DNA of 64,000 nt, taken from assembly GCA_045614565.1 (NCBI GenBank), contig JAZLDG010000074.1:38561-102560 (forward strand). The letters are read 5' to 3'. Source of the DNA: Candidatus Scatosoma sp. (lineage in GTDB: Bacteria > Bacillota > Clostridia > Christensenellales > Borkfalkiaceae). Below are positions 32,064 to 41,749 of this stretch, piece after piece. Position 1 is the stretch's first letter; each line of letters opens with the position of its first letter. The notes below the pieces were generated by a model that worked only from the letters and a program-made list of their open reading frames with translations, was not told the DNA's origin and ran no database searches. The translations under genes were made by a program, and so were the position numbers.

Positions 32064-32212
32064 AAACTCCTCCACTACCGTTTTATCTATTATACCATAT
32101 TTCTTTGAAGAAAGCTATATAAAATAAGAAAAAAGTTGATGAAATTTAGAAAATTTTATACAATTTACCCCGTGGGCGGGGTCGCCCACGGGGGAGTGGT
32201 TGTTTTTTTAAT

Positions 32213-33103
32213 TTAGTTCTTCATTGCAGCGACTTGTTTTGCAACTTCTTCGCTCAAATCTTCGCTCTTCTTTTCAAGACCTTCGCCCATAATATAGAAC
32301 GCGAATTTGTTGATGGAAGCGCCTGCGCCTTTTACAAGGTCCGCAATCTTCTTGGAGTCGTCCTTAATGAACGCTTGTTCCAAAAGGCAGTTTTCTTCGT
32401 AGAATTTCTTAATTCTACCCATAACCATCTTTTCAGCGATTGCTTCGGGTTTGCCTTCGTTCATCGCTTGTTGCTTCAATACAGCCTTTTCTCTTTCAAG
32501 CGTTTCAGCCGAAACTTCGTCCTTGGTAAGGTACGCAGGCTTCGTGAACGCGATTTGAAGCGTGATATCGTGCGCAACTTCTTTCGCTGCGTCCGTAGCT
32601 TCGCCAGCCATATCAAGCAATACGCCGAGCTTACCGCCAAGGTGGATATAGCTTGCCATAAAGCCGTTCGTTTCATAGCGAACGAATCTTCTTACCGCAA
32701 TCTTTTCGCCGATAATCGCGATTTTGCTCTTCAAAAATTCTTCTACCGTGCCGCCTTGGCAAGCGCAAGGAAGCAACGCTTCCACGGATGCGGGGTTATC
32801 TTTAACGATAACTTTCGCGATTTCGTTTGCGATTTCAAGGAACTGGGGATTTTTTGCAACGAAGTCGGATTCGCAGTTAAGTTCTACCAAAACGCCCGTG
32901 TTGCCGTCGATATACGCCGCAACGATACCTTCCGCCGCGATACGGGAAGCTTTCTTATCCGCTTTCGCAATGCCCCGTTCTCTCAATAAATCCGCCGCCT
33001 TTGCCATATCGCCGTCAGCGTCCGTCAATGCTCTCTTACAATCCATAACGCCTGCGCCAGTCTTTTCACGCAACGCCATTACGTCTTTTGCCGTAAATGC
33101 CAT
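32213..33103 (-). CDS. tsf: translation elongation factor Ts
   Basis: VMALREKTGAGVMDCKRAL... in a 296-aa protein. Confidence 0.95.
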   Translation of the reverse strand: MAFTAKDVMALREKTGAGVMDCKRALTDADGDMAKAADLLRERGIAKADKKASRIAAEGIVAAYIDGNTGVLVELNCESDFVAKNPQFLEIANEIAKVIVKDNPASVEALLPCACQGGTVEEFLKSKIAIIGEKIAVRRFVRYETNGFMASYIHLGGKLGVLLDMAGEATDAAKEVAHDITLQIAFTKPAYLTKDEVSAETLEREKAVLKQQAMNEGKPEAIAEKMVMGRIKKFYEENCLLEQAFIKDDSKKIADLVKGAGASINKFAFYIMGEGLEKKSEDLSEEVAKQVAAMKN

Positions 33104-33181
33104 AATTTTTTTCTCCTTATTTATTATTTTGAAATTTTCGTCCGATTATAAACAAATCGGACGAGCGTTAATTTTCTTCTC

Positions 33182-33952
33182 TTACGCGTTTTCTTCCGCT
33201 GCCGCTACCACTTCTTCAATGGATTCAGGAGCTTCTTCCGCAGCTTGTTGCATAGCAACGAGCGCTTCTTCACCTTGATTTGCTTCGATAACCGCGTTTG
33301 CGATTACGGACGCGATCAGCTTGATTGCGCGGATAGCGTCGTCGTTACCGGGGATAACGTAATCGATTTCGTCGGGATCGCAGTTGGTGTCGGTAATCGC
33401 AACGATCTTGATGCCGAGCTTCTTCGCTTCTTTGATCGCGATATCTTCGTTGTGGGGATCTACGACGAACATAACGCCGGGCATAGACTTCATAGTCTTG
33501 ATACCGCCAAGGTTCGCCTGCAATTTGCCCATTTCCTTCTTCAAAAGCATAACTTCTTTCTTGGGCAACGCTTCAAAATCGCCGTTTGCTTCCATAGCTT
33601 CAAGCTTTTCAAGACGCTCTACGCGGCTTCTCATCGTTTTGAAGTTGGTCAAGCAACCGCCAAGCCAACGGCTGTTTACGTAGTATTGACCGCAACGTTC
33701 CGCTTCTTCTTTGATTGCGTCCTGTGCCTGTTTCTTCGTACCTACGAAAAGTACGGTTTTGCCTGCTTTTACGCTGTCGCAAACGAACGTGTACGCTTCT
33801 TCGATAAGGTTAGCCGTAACCTGCAAGTCGATGATGTGAATATCGTTTCTTGCCGCGAAGATGTACTTCTTCATTTTGGGATTCCACTTTCTCGTCTGAT
33901 GACCGAAGTGCACGCCAGCTTCCAAAAGCTGTTTCATAGTGATAACTGCCAT
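33182..33952 (-). CDS. rpsB: 30S ribosomal protein S2
   Basis: [22 protein letters not shown]... Confidence 0.95.
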   Translation of the reverse strand: MAVITMKQLLEAGVHFGHQTRKWNPKMKKYIFAARNDIHIIDLQVTANLIEEAYTFVCDSVKAGKTVLFVGTKKQAQDAIKEEAERCGQYYVNSRWLGGCLTNFKTMRSRVERLEKLEAMEANGDFEALPKKEVMLLKKEMGKLQANLGGIKTMKSMPGVMFVVDPHNEDIAIKEAKKLGIKIVAITDTNCDPDEIDYVIPGNDDAIRAIKLIASVIANAVIEANQGEEALVAMQQAAEEAPESIEEVVAAAEENA

Positions 33953-34171
33953 AATTCAAACCTCCGTTTTACCTCCCCGCCTTGCGTTGGCTCGCAATTA
34001 CGTTCGCATTGAAAGATTTTACGAACACGGATTGCGCACAATGAGCGAGTGTGAATTTTCAGCCTTACTATTTTATCATATCGGACAAGCGATTGCAAGC
34101 TATTTTATAACGATTTTACACTTTTTTTCCTTTTTTATAAAAAAACGCGGAAAATTTCCGCGCTTTTTCAT

Positions 34172-34921
34172 TTACTCCAACTGCATCGCTTCGTCGCTGT
34201 CTTCAAATTTTTCGTACTGATAGCAAAATTCCGCGAATACTTCGTCCATAAGCTGTTCGTCTTCCAATGGTACGAGCGTTTGTTCCGCTTCGTTAAGCTC
34301 GAAAATCACGACTTCGTCCTCTTCTTCCGATTCAGGTTCAGCTTTTTGGAATACGCAATACGTGCCGCCGCGATACTCGATCGTTGCGATATGCAAAAAT
34401 TTCTCTACGTTCCCCGCGTCGTCTTCCAGCTCGATAATGCGTTCTTCTTCATCCATCAACATTTCTTCGTTTTCCATTGTCTTCTCCTTTTTTTCTTTGA
34501 TTTTTTCTCGCGACAACCAGCTTTCTAAAATATAGGAAGCGGCAATCGAATCCACCGTTTTTTTTCTGTCCCCGCGCTTTACGCCGCCCGCAATTTGCGT
34601 TTCCCGCGCTTGCATCGTGGTAAAACGCTCGTCTTCCAGCTCAATGGGCAAATCCGTTTTTTCGCGCAGGGCTTGAATAAACTCTTGCGTTTTCACCGTT
34701 TGCACGCTCTCGCTGCCGTCGAAGTTCACGGGCATACCGCATACGATCACGCCTACGCCCCTATCCGCGGCAATTTTGGCAATCGCCGCCACGTCCGCTT
34801 GAAAATCCCGCGTACGAAAATAGGTTTCGCAAGGCATTGCGTATTCGTTAAAGGGATCGGAAATCGCTACGCCGATTCGTTTGTCGCCTATATCGAAGGC
34901 TATCGCTCTTTTTTTCAACAT
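34172..34921 (-). CDS. ruvX: Holliday-junction resolvase-like RuvX (YqgF) fused in frame to a DUF1292 domain
   Basis: The N-terminal ~146 aa, AFDIGDKRIGVAISD...DERFTT...AASYILESWL, match YqgF/RuvX. The C-terminal 101 aa, IIELEDDAGNVEKF...VVIFELNE...LVPLEDEQLMDEVF, match DUF1292. No stop codon separates them. Confidence 0.8.
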   Translation of the reverse strand: MLKKRAIAFDIGDKRIGVAISDPFNEYAMPCETYFRTRDFQADVAAIAKIAADRGVGVIVCGMPVNFDGSESVQTVKTQEFIQALREKTDLPIELEDERFTTMQARETQIAGGVKRGDRKKTVDSIAASYILESWLSREKIKEKKEKTMENEEMLMDEEERIIELEDDAGNVEKFLHIATIEYRGGTYCVFQKAEPESEEEDEVVIFELNEAEQTLVPLEDEQLMDEVFAEFCYQYEKFEDSDEAMQLE

Positions 34922-35080
34922 AACTATATTATAACACAATCCCCGCCTGTCGTCTATCGTTTGGATACGTATATTTGAAAAATTTTATCACATACTGTAT
35001 AACGAAACGGAAATAAAACAAACCCGACTTTTACAGTTTGTTTTACGATCGTTTGGTATATGCTCGATAAGGGGGAAATT

Positions 35081-35320
35081 ATGGAAAAATTCGTAATCGG
35101 TTTAGCCGTCGGCGGGGTTTTAGGCGCAGTTTTGGCAACGAACAACTATAAAATGCGTACGATCGTCAAAAAGAGCCAAGAAGAAGTCCAAGCCAAGCTT
35201 GACGAATTGATGGACGAAAAAATCCGTGAAATGGACGAAGCGGCGGAAGAAAAAGCCGCCGAAAAAAACGAAGCGGACGAAAAACCCGTCAAAAAATTGA
35301 TGAAAAAATTGAAGCAATAA
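35081..35320 (+). CDS. YtxH-like small membrane-anchored protein
   Basis: N-terminal helix FVIGLAVGGVLGAVLA followed by a charged helical tail. RBS AAGGGGG precedes the ATG at 35081. Confidence 0.65.
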   Translation: MEKFVIGLAVGGVLGAVLATNNYKMRTIVKKSQEEVQAKLDELMDEKIREMDEAAEEKAAEKNEADEKPVKKLMKKLKQ

Positions 35321-35355
35321 ATCAAAACCACCAGTTGAACTGGTGGTTTTGATTT
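35321..35355. terminator. bidirectional terminator hairpin between convergent genes
   Basis: 14-bp perfect stem ATCAAAACCACCAG/CTGGTGGTTTTGAT with a 5-nt loop. Confidence 0.7.
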
Positions 35356-35995
35356 AAGAATTTTTTAAGACGCGAAGCTCGGCTTTGAGCGCGGCGTTTT
35401 CTACGCGTAAGCGTTCGTTTTCCGTCTTTAAGGCTTGCGCCAAACGGTCGTATAAAGAATTGATTTCGTTTTCTAATCTACGGCGCAAAAAATCACGGTC
35501 GGGCAAATTCGTTTTTTCCACGGCGGCAGCTCGGCGTTGCATTTGCGATGCTTCTTCCCCAAGCCCCATTTCCGCGGCGATTGCCGCAATGCGTTTGGGT
35601 TCTTTTTTCAGCATATTACGGTACTTATTTTGCAAGCGGAGCATTAATTTATCGTCGCCGCCCGCAAGATTAAAAATCGCGCGGCGGATGGAAATTCCCT
35701 TGCTCTTTTCCGTCAAAATACTACGCAAAGCCGCGTCCGTTTCTTGCTCGGTAAACTCGCGGATTTTTTCCACGGACAGCGTAGACCCGTCCAAAAGCTT
35801 GACGATCCGTTCGTCTTGCTTTTCATTTTTCATCAGCGCGTAATAGTAATTTCTCACACTTCCTTTCGCTCTGCCCCGCTGCAAGCCGTACGCTTCAAAT
35901 AAATAAGTAAGCGTTTTGCCCTTGCTTTTGCCTTCCTTAATAAATTCGACTAAATTTTTAGCTTCTTCTTCCGTATAACCGTTGATCTTGTTCAT
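35354..35995 (-). CDS. hypothetical protein: two SANT/Myb-like helical repeats (tentative) plus a C-terminal coiled coil
   Basis: Start at MNKINGY (35995), preceded by GGAGGA. The C-terminus LENEINSLYDRLAQALKTENERLRVENAALKAELRVL is heptad-like. No family recognised. Confidence 0.6.
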   Translation of the reverse strand: MNKINGYTEEEAKNLVEFIKEGKSKGKTLTYLFEAYGLQRGRAKGSVRNYYYALMKNEKQDERIVKLLDGSTLSVEKIREFTEQETDAALRSILTEKSKGISIRRAIFNLAGGDDKLMLRLQNKYRNMLKKEPKRIAAIAAEMGLGEEASQMQRRAAAVEKTNLPDRDFLRRRLENEINSLYDRLAQALKTENERLRVENAALKAELRVLKNS

Positions 35996-36085
35996 ATTTT
36001 TATCCTCCGATTTTCTCGATCTGAAAAAATTATTAACGGATTTTTGCACTTTTATACTTTTCAAAGCGGGAAAAGAATAGGATAT

Positions 36086-36982
36086 AGTATGAAAATTTAT
36101 TTTTTATCTTCAAAACCTTGCGCGCTTTATATTAACGACGCGTATTTCGGTATCACGGACGGCTTTGAACGCTTCGCCGAAGCGTCGTTAAAAGACAAAC
36201 TTTTTATACGCTTTATTCCCGAAAACGCTTCGCCGATCGGCTTTTTTCTAACGGAAAATATCCGTTTCTCGCCCCCGCAGGGGTGCGAAGTATATTTACT
36301 TCGCGACGGGATTGCCATTTTTGCGCGGGATTTTACTCCGCTCGACAAAGCCTTGAAGATGATTGCGCAAAAGCGCGAAAATCAAACGCTCGTCACCGTG
36401 TTCACCCAAGGGGAAATACAAGCGTCCATCGAAACGCCCGACGGGCTGTTTCTCGCAACCCTGCCCCCGTCCTTTTCAGAATGTGAAATTATTTTTGCCT
36501 GTGATTTGGTACTGCTGAAAAGCCCAACCCAGCTCGCCGTGCTTACGCTTACGGGCAAGCGCGTGCTTTTGGAAAGCGTACGCGAATTTTCGCTCGAAAA
36601 CGATGAGTTGTTTTTAACCCTACCCCTTTGCGATTCGCTGGGGCAAGAAGCAAAATGCACGTACCGTTTGGATAAAGACGGTTGCCAGCGAACGGCGTTT
36701 TCGCTTATTCAAGCGCAAAGCGACAGCGTTTTAGACGAGCTTTTACCTTACGCGTTTTTTGAAAGCGTTTTGTTGGGGTTAGATTACGAAAATTTGTTAA
36801 ACGACGAGTTAAAAGCAAAATCGGGCGAGCTTCGCGCGTTTTTGGGCGAGTTCGTCGCCGTTATTCAAACCAAAACGTCTAACGTTTGCGCGTTAGTGCG
36901 AGAAAAGAAAGAACGGCTTTACGAGCTTTCCTATTACACCGTGGAAATTGCGGACGGAAAAATTTGCGATATAAAAACTTGA
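36086..36982 (+). CDS. hypothetical protein
   Basis: About 298-aa ORF with host-like composition. No motif recognised. Confidence 0.55.
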   Translation, partial: SMKIYFLSSKPCALYINDAYFGITDGFERFAEASLKDKLFIRFIPENASPIGFFLTENIRFSPPQGCEVYLLRDGIAIFARDFTPLDKALKMIAQKRENQTLVTVFTQGEIQASIETPDGLFLATLPPSFSECEIIFACDLVLLKSPTQLAVLTLTGKRVLLESVREFSLENDELFLTLPLCDSLGQEAKCTYRLDKDGCQRTAFSLIQAQSDSVLDELLPYAFFESVLLGLDYENLLNDELKAKSGELRAFLGEFVAVIQTKTSNVCALVREKKERLYELSYYTVEIADGKICDIKT

Positions 36983-37029
36983 TTTGACAAGCTTTGACCA
37001 AATTATAGAAAAATAGCCAAAAACCACCT

Positions 37030-37069
37030 TGCGCGCGCGGTTGACAACCGCGCGCGCAATCGTTTATAA
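37030..37069 (+). promoter_or_regulatory. promoter (TTGACA-18-TATAAT) whose -35 is embedded in a perfect 13-bp inverted repeat
   Basis: GCGCGCGCGGTTG-A-CAACCGCGCGCGC at 37030..37056. TTGACA at 37040..37045 and TATAAT at 37064..37069. Confidence 0.55.
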
Positions 37070-37102
37070 TAAGCTTGCTAAAAAATAAAAAGGAGCATAG
37101 TT

Positions 37103-37336
37103 ATGCAAAAAGTAATTTGTAAAAAGGTTTACGACACGGAAACGGCTACGTTTATTACAAAATTTACGTTTGGCGAATTCGGTTCGGCGGACGGATACGA
37201 AGAATGTCTGTTCCAAACGGAAAGCGGATCGTACTTTCTCTACGTAAACGGCGGGGCAAACTCGAAATACACGAAAGAAGACATCAAAAGATTGAGCCCA
37301 GAAAAAGCCGAAGCGTGGTTGAAAGCCATCGCGTAA
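37103..37336 (+). CDS. small hypothetical protein (77 aa)
   Basis: RBS AAAGGAG precedes the ATG. No family name recalled. Confidence 0.6.
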   Translation: MQKVICKKVYDTETATFITKFTFGEFGSADGYEECLFQTESGSYFLYVNGGANSKYTKEDIKRLSPEKAEAWLKAIA

Positions 37337-37355
37337 CGAAAGAAGTCGCAACAAA

Positions 37356-37387
37356 ACGCCCCGAACGGTTCGTACCGTTCGGGGCGT
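37356..37387. terminator. GC-rich hairpin between convergent genes
   Basis: 13-bp stem ACGCCCCGAACGG/CCGTTCGGGGCGT. A U-run is present only on the minus-strand reading. Confidence 0.6.
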
Positions 37388-37391
37388 AAAA

Positions 37392-38051
37392 TTATCCGAT
37401 AATTTCAAAAGCCAAGATGTCCACGGAAGAGTCTTTCACCTTGTAGCCAAAGCTCTTGAACATAGCTTTCAAGGTCACTCTGCCGTTCAAGGTTAACGTG
37501 TACATTTCGTGCGTGTTGCGGGATTCCCCTTGCACGTACGGCGTATTCCAAGCCGAGCCCATATCTATTTTGGTGTAGGCGGAATCGCCTTCTTCCAAAA
37601 TATATTTTACGATATCGTCCGCGAAATATTTAGGACGGGTAAGCGCGCCGTCCTTGCAAGGAACGTAAAGCTTTAACTTGTCGTTTAACGTAAGCACGTT
37701 GTACGGGTTTTCAATTTCCACGTCGTATTTAACGCTTAACGAAACCTTCGCCTTTTTGCCGTTTTTGGCGGTAAATTTAACGTCTTTTTTCGTAAAGCTT
37801 CCCGACATACCGTAAGGATAAAAATATAACTTTAAGTTTTGCACCTTCCCAAACAAGAACGGTACTTTTAACCCCGGTATATCCTTGCTGTTGACGGTAA
37901 TTTTATCGTTAAAAAATTTCAACGCGCCGTTGCCCTGCTTTGCCACGCCGAAATGGTTTTCGGGACAGTACACGACCGTTCCTTTCGCAAACGGCTGTTG
38001 CAGCCCGTAAAAAAGCGAGTCCGGAGAAAGCTTACAATAAATTTTTTCCAT
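37392..38051 (-). CDS. hypothetical protein (219 aa, beta-rich)
   Basis: Clean ORF with host-like composition. No recognised motif. Confidence 0.55.
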   Translation of the reverse strand: MEKIYCKLSPDSLFYGLQQPFAKGTVVYCPENHFGVAKQGNGALKFFNDKITVNSKDIPGLKVPFLFGKVQNLKLYFYPYGMSGSFTKKDVKFTAKNGKKAKVSLSVKYDVEIENPYNVLTLNDKLKLYVPCKDGALTRPKYFADDIVKYILEEGDSAYTKIDMGSAWNTPYVQGESRNTHEMYTLTLNGRVTLKAMFKSFGYKVKDSSVDILAFEIIG

Positions 38052-38119
38052 ATCCTTATTCTCCCATCTTTTTTCTTGACTTAATAAAAATTTGCCAAAA
38101 ATTAGAATAAAGCCAACTT

Positions 38120-38950
38120 TTATCTCTTGTTGATAACGACGTCTTCAATGACTACGGGCGAAGTCAAAACGTCAAACGTTTCCTTTTTGCCGTATTCGCT
38201 CATAAAGCGGTCGTCCGTATCGATATTGACGGTTACGCTACGCGCCGCACTCGAAGAAACGTAGGTCTTAATCGCCGCATCTAACGCCTTTAACGCGTCC
38301 ACGCTGTCGTCGTTTAAGGTCGCAAACGTACAATATTTAGAATTGCTTTGTTCCGTTTCCACCAAGGAAATATAGAACTGCGACGTCGCGCTGTTGTATT
38401 TATAATCGCGTTGGAACTGTCCCGCTTCGGGATGCTCTACGTATACGCTGTCTTCACATTCGGACTTATCCGTGTAATACATTGTTAACGCGCCGTAATT
38501 TTCTTTCTTGTTTCCGTTGGTAACTTCAAATTTATTCGCGCCAAACTCGCCGCAAAGCGTGTACGTGCTTTCGCCCTTACCGTTTGCGCCTTGCGTATAA
38601 ACGGTGGACGGGAAGTTTTGATAGCCTTTTACCGTTTCGTAATAGTTTTTATACTGCAAAGCGTCGTTTTCGTACGAATACCCGCCCGTCAAAAGTCTGG
38701 TCGCGCTGTAATCGTGTACGCAAAGCCCGTCGTAATAATTTTCTTCCGCAAGCACGAGAAAATGCTCGACGGTAGCGGGCGCAACCTTTCTAAACAAGGT
38801 ATAATTGAGCTTATACGTTTCCCCTTCAAAGGAAATTTGGATTTGCACTTCGGGATGCGAAGTTTCGCAAGCGGTTGCCATTCCCAAGCACCCAAACGCC
38901 GCCGTAGCCGCTAAAACGCCGCAAATTGTCTTTTTCAATATTTTCGCCAT
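38120..38950 (-). CDS. lipoprotein, divergent cyclophilin-type peptidyl-prolyl isomerase
   Basis: Signal peptide with a lipobox-like LGMATAC. VAPATVEHFLVLAEENYYDGLCVHD resembles the cyclophilin N-terminal motif. Confidence 0.6.
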   Translation of the reverse strand: MAKILKKTICGVLAATAAFGCLGMATACETSHPEVQIQISFEGETYKLNYTLFRKVAPATVEHFLVLAEENYYDGLCVHDYSATRLLTGGYSYENDALQYKNYYETVKGYQNFPSTVYTQGANGKGESTYTLCGEFGANKFEVTNGNKKENYGALTMYYTDKSECEDSVYVEHPEAGQFQRDYKYNSATSQFYISLVETEQSNSKYCTFATLNDDSVDALKALDAAIKTYVSSSAARSVTVNIDTDDRFMSEYGKKETFDVLTSPVVIEDVVINKR

Positions 38951-39402
38951 AATGAACGCTCCATTATATATTACCCTTTTATTTTAACTTTTATTTCCTT
39001 TTCCGTCAAGCGGTTTTTATACTCTTTTTATAATTTTTATCCGATTTACACAATTTACCCCCCACAAACGCATAAAGAGCGGAAACGTAACGCTTCCGCT
39101 CTCTATTCTTTAACTTACGATTATTTCTTTTTGATAACGTTGGTATCGCCGTCCGTCCAACCGCTCAACGCGCCTTGGTACGTGTTACCGCTCATTGCGC
39201 TAACCGTATGATATACGCCGCCTTTCTTTTTCAAATACAAAACTTTTACATCCGTGCTATCATTCACAAAAGTATTGTTTTTAACTTCTACCGTAAGCAT
39301 CGTTTGATCTTGATCAGCAGACTATTTATTAGGTTTATCCGATTATTAAAAGCCGTGGCATTTTTGAGAAAAATACCACGGCTTTTGCTTTTGAATTTAT
39401 TT

Positions 39403-39984
39403 TTATAATACGTTTGCAAAATTATATACGATATCTACGATGCAAGCAAACAGTGCAAACGCCGCTAAAATCCGCACGAGCGTTACGGGCATTTTACCCA
39501 AAAGATTTTTAATAGGCGTAAACGCAAATTTCATAAAAAAGAATATAAGCGTTGCCCATACGAGCGACACGGGCAAACAAACGTACCCGTTCAAATTAAG
39601 CGGTTGGGGAGAATAATCCCAAAGCGGGTTATGAAAAAGTTTATCGAAAGCAAAGCCGACGATAAGCTCGGCAAGGCTGGGCACGATAAAACCGATTAAA
39701 AAGTAAAACAAATAACGGAACACACGGTTGTCTACCCCTTTCAAGACGCCTTTCGGCTCGTCGGGCGTACCCGCGAGCAAATACATTCCAAACAGCGAAA
39801 CGCCGTAAATGGGGCAAAAGGGCAAAGTCATAAAACCGCGGTCTTGGAATTTCCCGAACGCGAGCCACACAAACCCCGTTTCAAACGCCCAACCCAAAAA
39901 GGATAAAATTAAAACGAGCAAAAAATATCGGCTTAAACCGTATTTTTGCTCGTTTATTTTTGTTTTTTCGTAATTTTCCCGCAT
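39403..39984 (-). CDS. membrane protein, putative ABC-transporter type IV (CmpB/DUF1113-like)
   Basis: LSFLGWAFETGF...LPFCPIYGVSLFG matches the family hallmark as I recall it. Start set at Met-43 so that the gene does not overlap the upstream gene. Confidence 0.6.
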   Translation of the reverse strand: MRENYEKTKINEQKYGLSRYFLLVLILSFLGWAFETGFVWLAFGKFQDRGFMTLPFCPIYGVSLFGMYLLAGTPDEPKGVLKGVDNRVFRYLFYFLIGFIVPSLAELIVGFAFDKLFHNPLWDYSPQPLNLNGYVCLPVSLVWATLIFFFMKFAFTPIKNLLGKMPVTLVRILAAFALFACIVDIVYNFANVL

Positions 39985-40012
39985 ACGGATATTGTGTGCA
40001 ATATCTCGTAAT

Positions 40013-40795
40013 TCAACTCTCGTATTCGTATAATTTATACAACTTTTTAGACGTTTTTCCCGCGTATACGGACTTAAAAACGAACTTTTCAAAACCTTGT
40101 AACTCATCAATGAGAAACGCGGGCGTGATTTCGTGTTCTTGCACGAAACGCAAATTCGTATTTTCTTCCAAAACGCTTGAATTTTCCACGCCGAAAACTT
40201 GGGAAACGCCTACGTCGTTTATGGGATTTTTAATCTTCGACATCTTCGCCGCAAAGGGTGTATAACAATCCACCAACACGGATAAATGCGAAAACCGTAT
40301 AGTAAGATTGTGCAGCGTTTGCCGTAATTCGGCGTTCGTCAAATACATACTCACACCTTCTAAAATCACGATGGCGCGTTCTACTTGGGGTAAAAGCTCG
40401 ATAAGCGCAGGCTCTTTGATATCCGCGGCAAGCAAACGGTAACGCTCCGTTTCCGTGTAATACCGCTTGCGCTCGGCAATGACGGCAGGAAAATCTACGT
40501 CAAACCATTGTAAAGCTCCATCCACTCTTTGCGCGCGGCTGTCCAAGCCGCAACCCAAATGCAATACAACGGCGTCAGGATATTCGGTTATTTTTGCTTT
40601 GACCCAGTTATCAAAAACCGCGGAACGCATACCCATATAATAGGCAAGCCACTTGGATTTGGATTTACCCTTCAAGGGGAATCGTTCTTTTTCCCAAATT
40701 TCTTCCGCTTTTTCGTCGCGAAGAATGATCCCCTTTTTGCTGACTAACGCTTTCCCGTAAAGCGGGATATATAAAGTTTTATTGACGTTATTCAT
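40013..40795 (-). CDS. class I SAM-dependent methyltransferase (LCMT/TcmP-like)
   Basis: The SAM motif VVLHLGCGLDSRAQRV. Confidence 0.65.
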   Translation of the reverse strand: MNNVNKTLYIPLYGKALVSKKGIILRDEKAEEIWEKERFPLKGKSKSKWLAYYMGMRSAVFDNWVKAKITEYPDAVVLHLGCGLDSRAQRVDGALQWFDVDFPAVIAERKRYYTETERYRLLAADIKEPALIELLPQVERAIVILEGVSMYLTNAELRQTLHNLTIRFSHLSVLVDCYTPFAAKMSKIKNPINDVGVSQVFGVENSSVLEENTNLRFVQEHEITPAFLIDELQGFEKFVFKSVYAGKTSKKLYKLYEYES

Positions 40796-40859
40796 TTTCT
40801 TTATTTCTATATTGATTTTTATTTTACAAAATTCCTATGTTGGGAGCGTTTTTCCTTTT

Positions 40860-41390
40860 TCATTGCAAGATTTTTACAAGTTCTTTTAGATTTTTTCGTT
40901 TCTTTGTGCGGAGCTTATCTTCGTCCTTGGCGTAACCCAAAATAATCACGAGCCGAACGGTGCCGTCAAGAGCGCAAATACTTCGTATTTCTTCGTCGTT
41001 GAGCCAGCCGAGAATACACGTTCCAAGTCCTTGCGCCGTCGCTTCCGCCGTGATATACGCCGTAACGATACCGATATCGATCGAACGGTAATCGTTCTTT
41101 TTTACCTTTGCGCCCACCCCCGCCGTTAGCGCGTACGGCTTTTCCAAAATAACCAACGCCACAGGCGCATCGGTGGCAAATTTGTTCATTCCCATTCCTT
41201 GCGTAGCTTTTTCCACCCTTTTTGCGATTTCCCCGTAACAAACGGTAATTTGATAGGGTTGACCGTTACAAGCGGACGGAGCAAGCCGCGCCGCTTCTAA
41301 AATGCAATCAATTTTGTCCTGTTCCACTGCGCGGTCGGGGTTATAACTACGGCAAGATTGCCTTGTTTTTGCTATTTCACTAAAATCCAT
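40860..41390 (-). CDS. nitroreductase-family protein
   Basis: RQSCRSY...ILEAARLAPSACNGQP, typical of the nitroreductase fold. Confidence 0.8.
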   Translation of the reverse strand: MDFSEIAKTRQSCRSYNPDRAVEQDKIDCILEAARLAPSACNGQPYQITVCYGEIAKRVEKATQGMGMNKFATDAPVALVILEKPYALTAGVGAKVKKNDYRSIDIGIVTAYITAEATAQGLGTCILGWLNDEEIRSICALDGTVRLVIILGYAKDEDKLRTKKRKNLKELVKILQ

Positions 41391-41411
41391 CTTTTTCCCT
41401 TTTTGCTTAAT

Positions 41412-41455
41412 TGGTACTCCCGACGAGAATCGAACTCATAATTGTCCCTTAGGAG
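41412..41455 (-). pseudogene. orphaned 3' portion (44 nt, anticodon loop to CCA) of the host tRNA-Arg(CCU); attL-side junction
   Basis: Minus strand reads CTCCTAAGGGACAATTATGAGTTCGATTCTCGTCGGGAGTACCA. Its stems pair with the orphan 5' half at 48721..48758. Confidence 0.85.
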
Positions 41456-41682
41456 CACATCCAAACTGTTGATATAATTCTAAATTCTATGGATTAACCG
41501 TAATTTTATATATTTTATGGATATTTTTCTTTCAATAAAATGGATGTTGTAATAAATTATGGACGTTTCAAAACAACTTTTATTCTAAAATTATTCCTAT
41601 TTTATTCCAATTCACTTTTCCCTCCTCTAAAAAGTTATTAAAATCATTTTCAAAATTAAAAATCTAAATATTGGATTTTTGG

Positions 41683-41711
41683 TTGAATTTTTTAGATGGA
41701 TATGCTATAAT
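41683..41711 (+). promoter_or_regulatory. sigma-70-type promoter of the island cargo operon
   Basis: TTGAAT (41683..41688), a 17-nt spacer, then TATAAT (41706..41711), about 40 nt before the XRE gene. Confidence 0.6.
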
Positions 41712-41749
41712 AGTAAAAACTGATTTTTTATTAAGGATGGTGCTATAAA

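Noticed and set aside
32196-32210. The 15-mer GAGTGGTTGTTTTTT, shared between the tsf downstream region (32196..32210) and the island spacer (46003..46017). A related GTGGTTGTTTTTTT occurs at 45883..45896.
   Set aside because: These are short, T-rich terminator-tail-like sequences. A match of this length and composition is expected by chance in 64 kb, and there is no flanking similarity.
39121-39300. A 59-aa minus-strand ORF (MLTVEVKNNTFVNDSTDVKVLYLKKKGGVYHTVSAMSGNTYQGALSGWTDGDTNVIKKK), below the track cutoff, in an otherwise empty 450-bp gap.
   Set aside because: It has no Shine-Dalgarno sequence, promoter or recognisable family. It could be a remnant of a larger surface-protein gene or a genuine small protein, but the sequence alone does not support calling it.
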